NCBI RefSeq assembly: GCF_001194135.2
Contig: NC_068985.1
Location: forward strand, 78,716,729 to 78,765,703
Length of the DNA stretch: 48,975 nucleotides
DNA from: Octopus bimaculoides
Taxonomy: Eukaryota
Direction of reading: 5' to 3'
The notes under the pieces are model-generated. The model was not told where the DNA came from, ran no database searches, and saw only the letters and a list, made by a program, of their open reading frames with translations. Position numbers and translations under genes: made by a program. Below are positions 48,673 through 48,975 of the stretch, piece after piece. The first letter of the stretch is position 1. Every line of letters begins with the position of its first letter.

Positions 48673-48975
48673 CTTTCAAAATACAAAGACCTGGAAATAG
48701 AGGTAACTCGAATGTGGAATCTAAAAACAGAAACAATTCCTATCATAGTAGGTGCCTTAGGTATAATAAAAAAATATTCAGACAAATACATAACAAAAAC
48801 ACCAGGACTTACAAATATATATAACATACAGAAAATTGCACTACTAGGCACTGCACACATCCTACGCAAAACACTTTCAATACAGTAACCATAAGAGCAC
48901 CACAGCAAACCACAGCACATACCCAAGGCGCACAGAGCTGCGCTCGGTAGTGAAGTGAAAGCACGTTATAAAAAT
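48673..48975 (+). mobile_element. 5'-truncated R4/Dong-like element inserted in (TAA)n
   Basis: Open frame LSKYKDLEIEVTRMWNLKTETIPIIVGALGIIKKYSDKYITKTPGLTNIYNIQKIALLGTAHILRKTLSIQ* (stop 48886-48888), then 3' UTR to the window edge. Confidence 0.85.

Overview
AT-rich, microsatellite-dense eukaryotic DNA from a gapped draft assembly. The repeat families look like those of a coleoid cephalopod (Octopus-like; inferred from recognised repeat sequences, not proven). No intact host gene, rRNA, true tRNA or CRISPR array is supported, and almost all ORF-track entries are microsatellite or N-gap artefacts. The window is a mosaic of decayed mobile elements: several tRNA-derived SINE families; RTE, R4/Dong-like and Tx1/L1-like LINE fragments; a full-length dead mariner (DD34D); a maT-type DD37D element; a Tc1 end; MITEs and fold-backs; and Penelope-like (PLE) GIY-YIG remnants. 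The most notable signal is a set of about seven type-I hammerhead-ribozyme (HHR) motifs of different sequence families. Two have intact catalytic cores (13642-13736 minus, 16649-16730 plus) and sit in a ~5 kb composite at 13.5-18.6 kb. In it, a plus-strand CCAAT/TATA/Inr unit ending in HHR+AATAAA converges tail-to-tail on a minus-strand PLE ORF, and the whole is bracketed by inverted ~200-bp HHR-bearing arms. Also notable are a perfect 55-bp-arm hairpin with a readable template-switch history, snap-back hairpins at SINE 5' junctions, and a (TAA)n-driven stack of retroelements at 46.3-49 kb.
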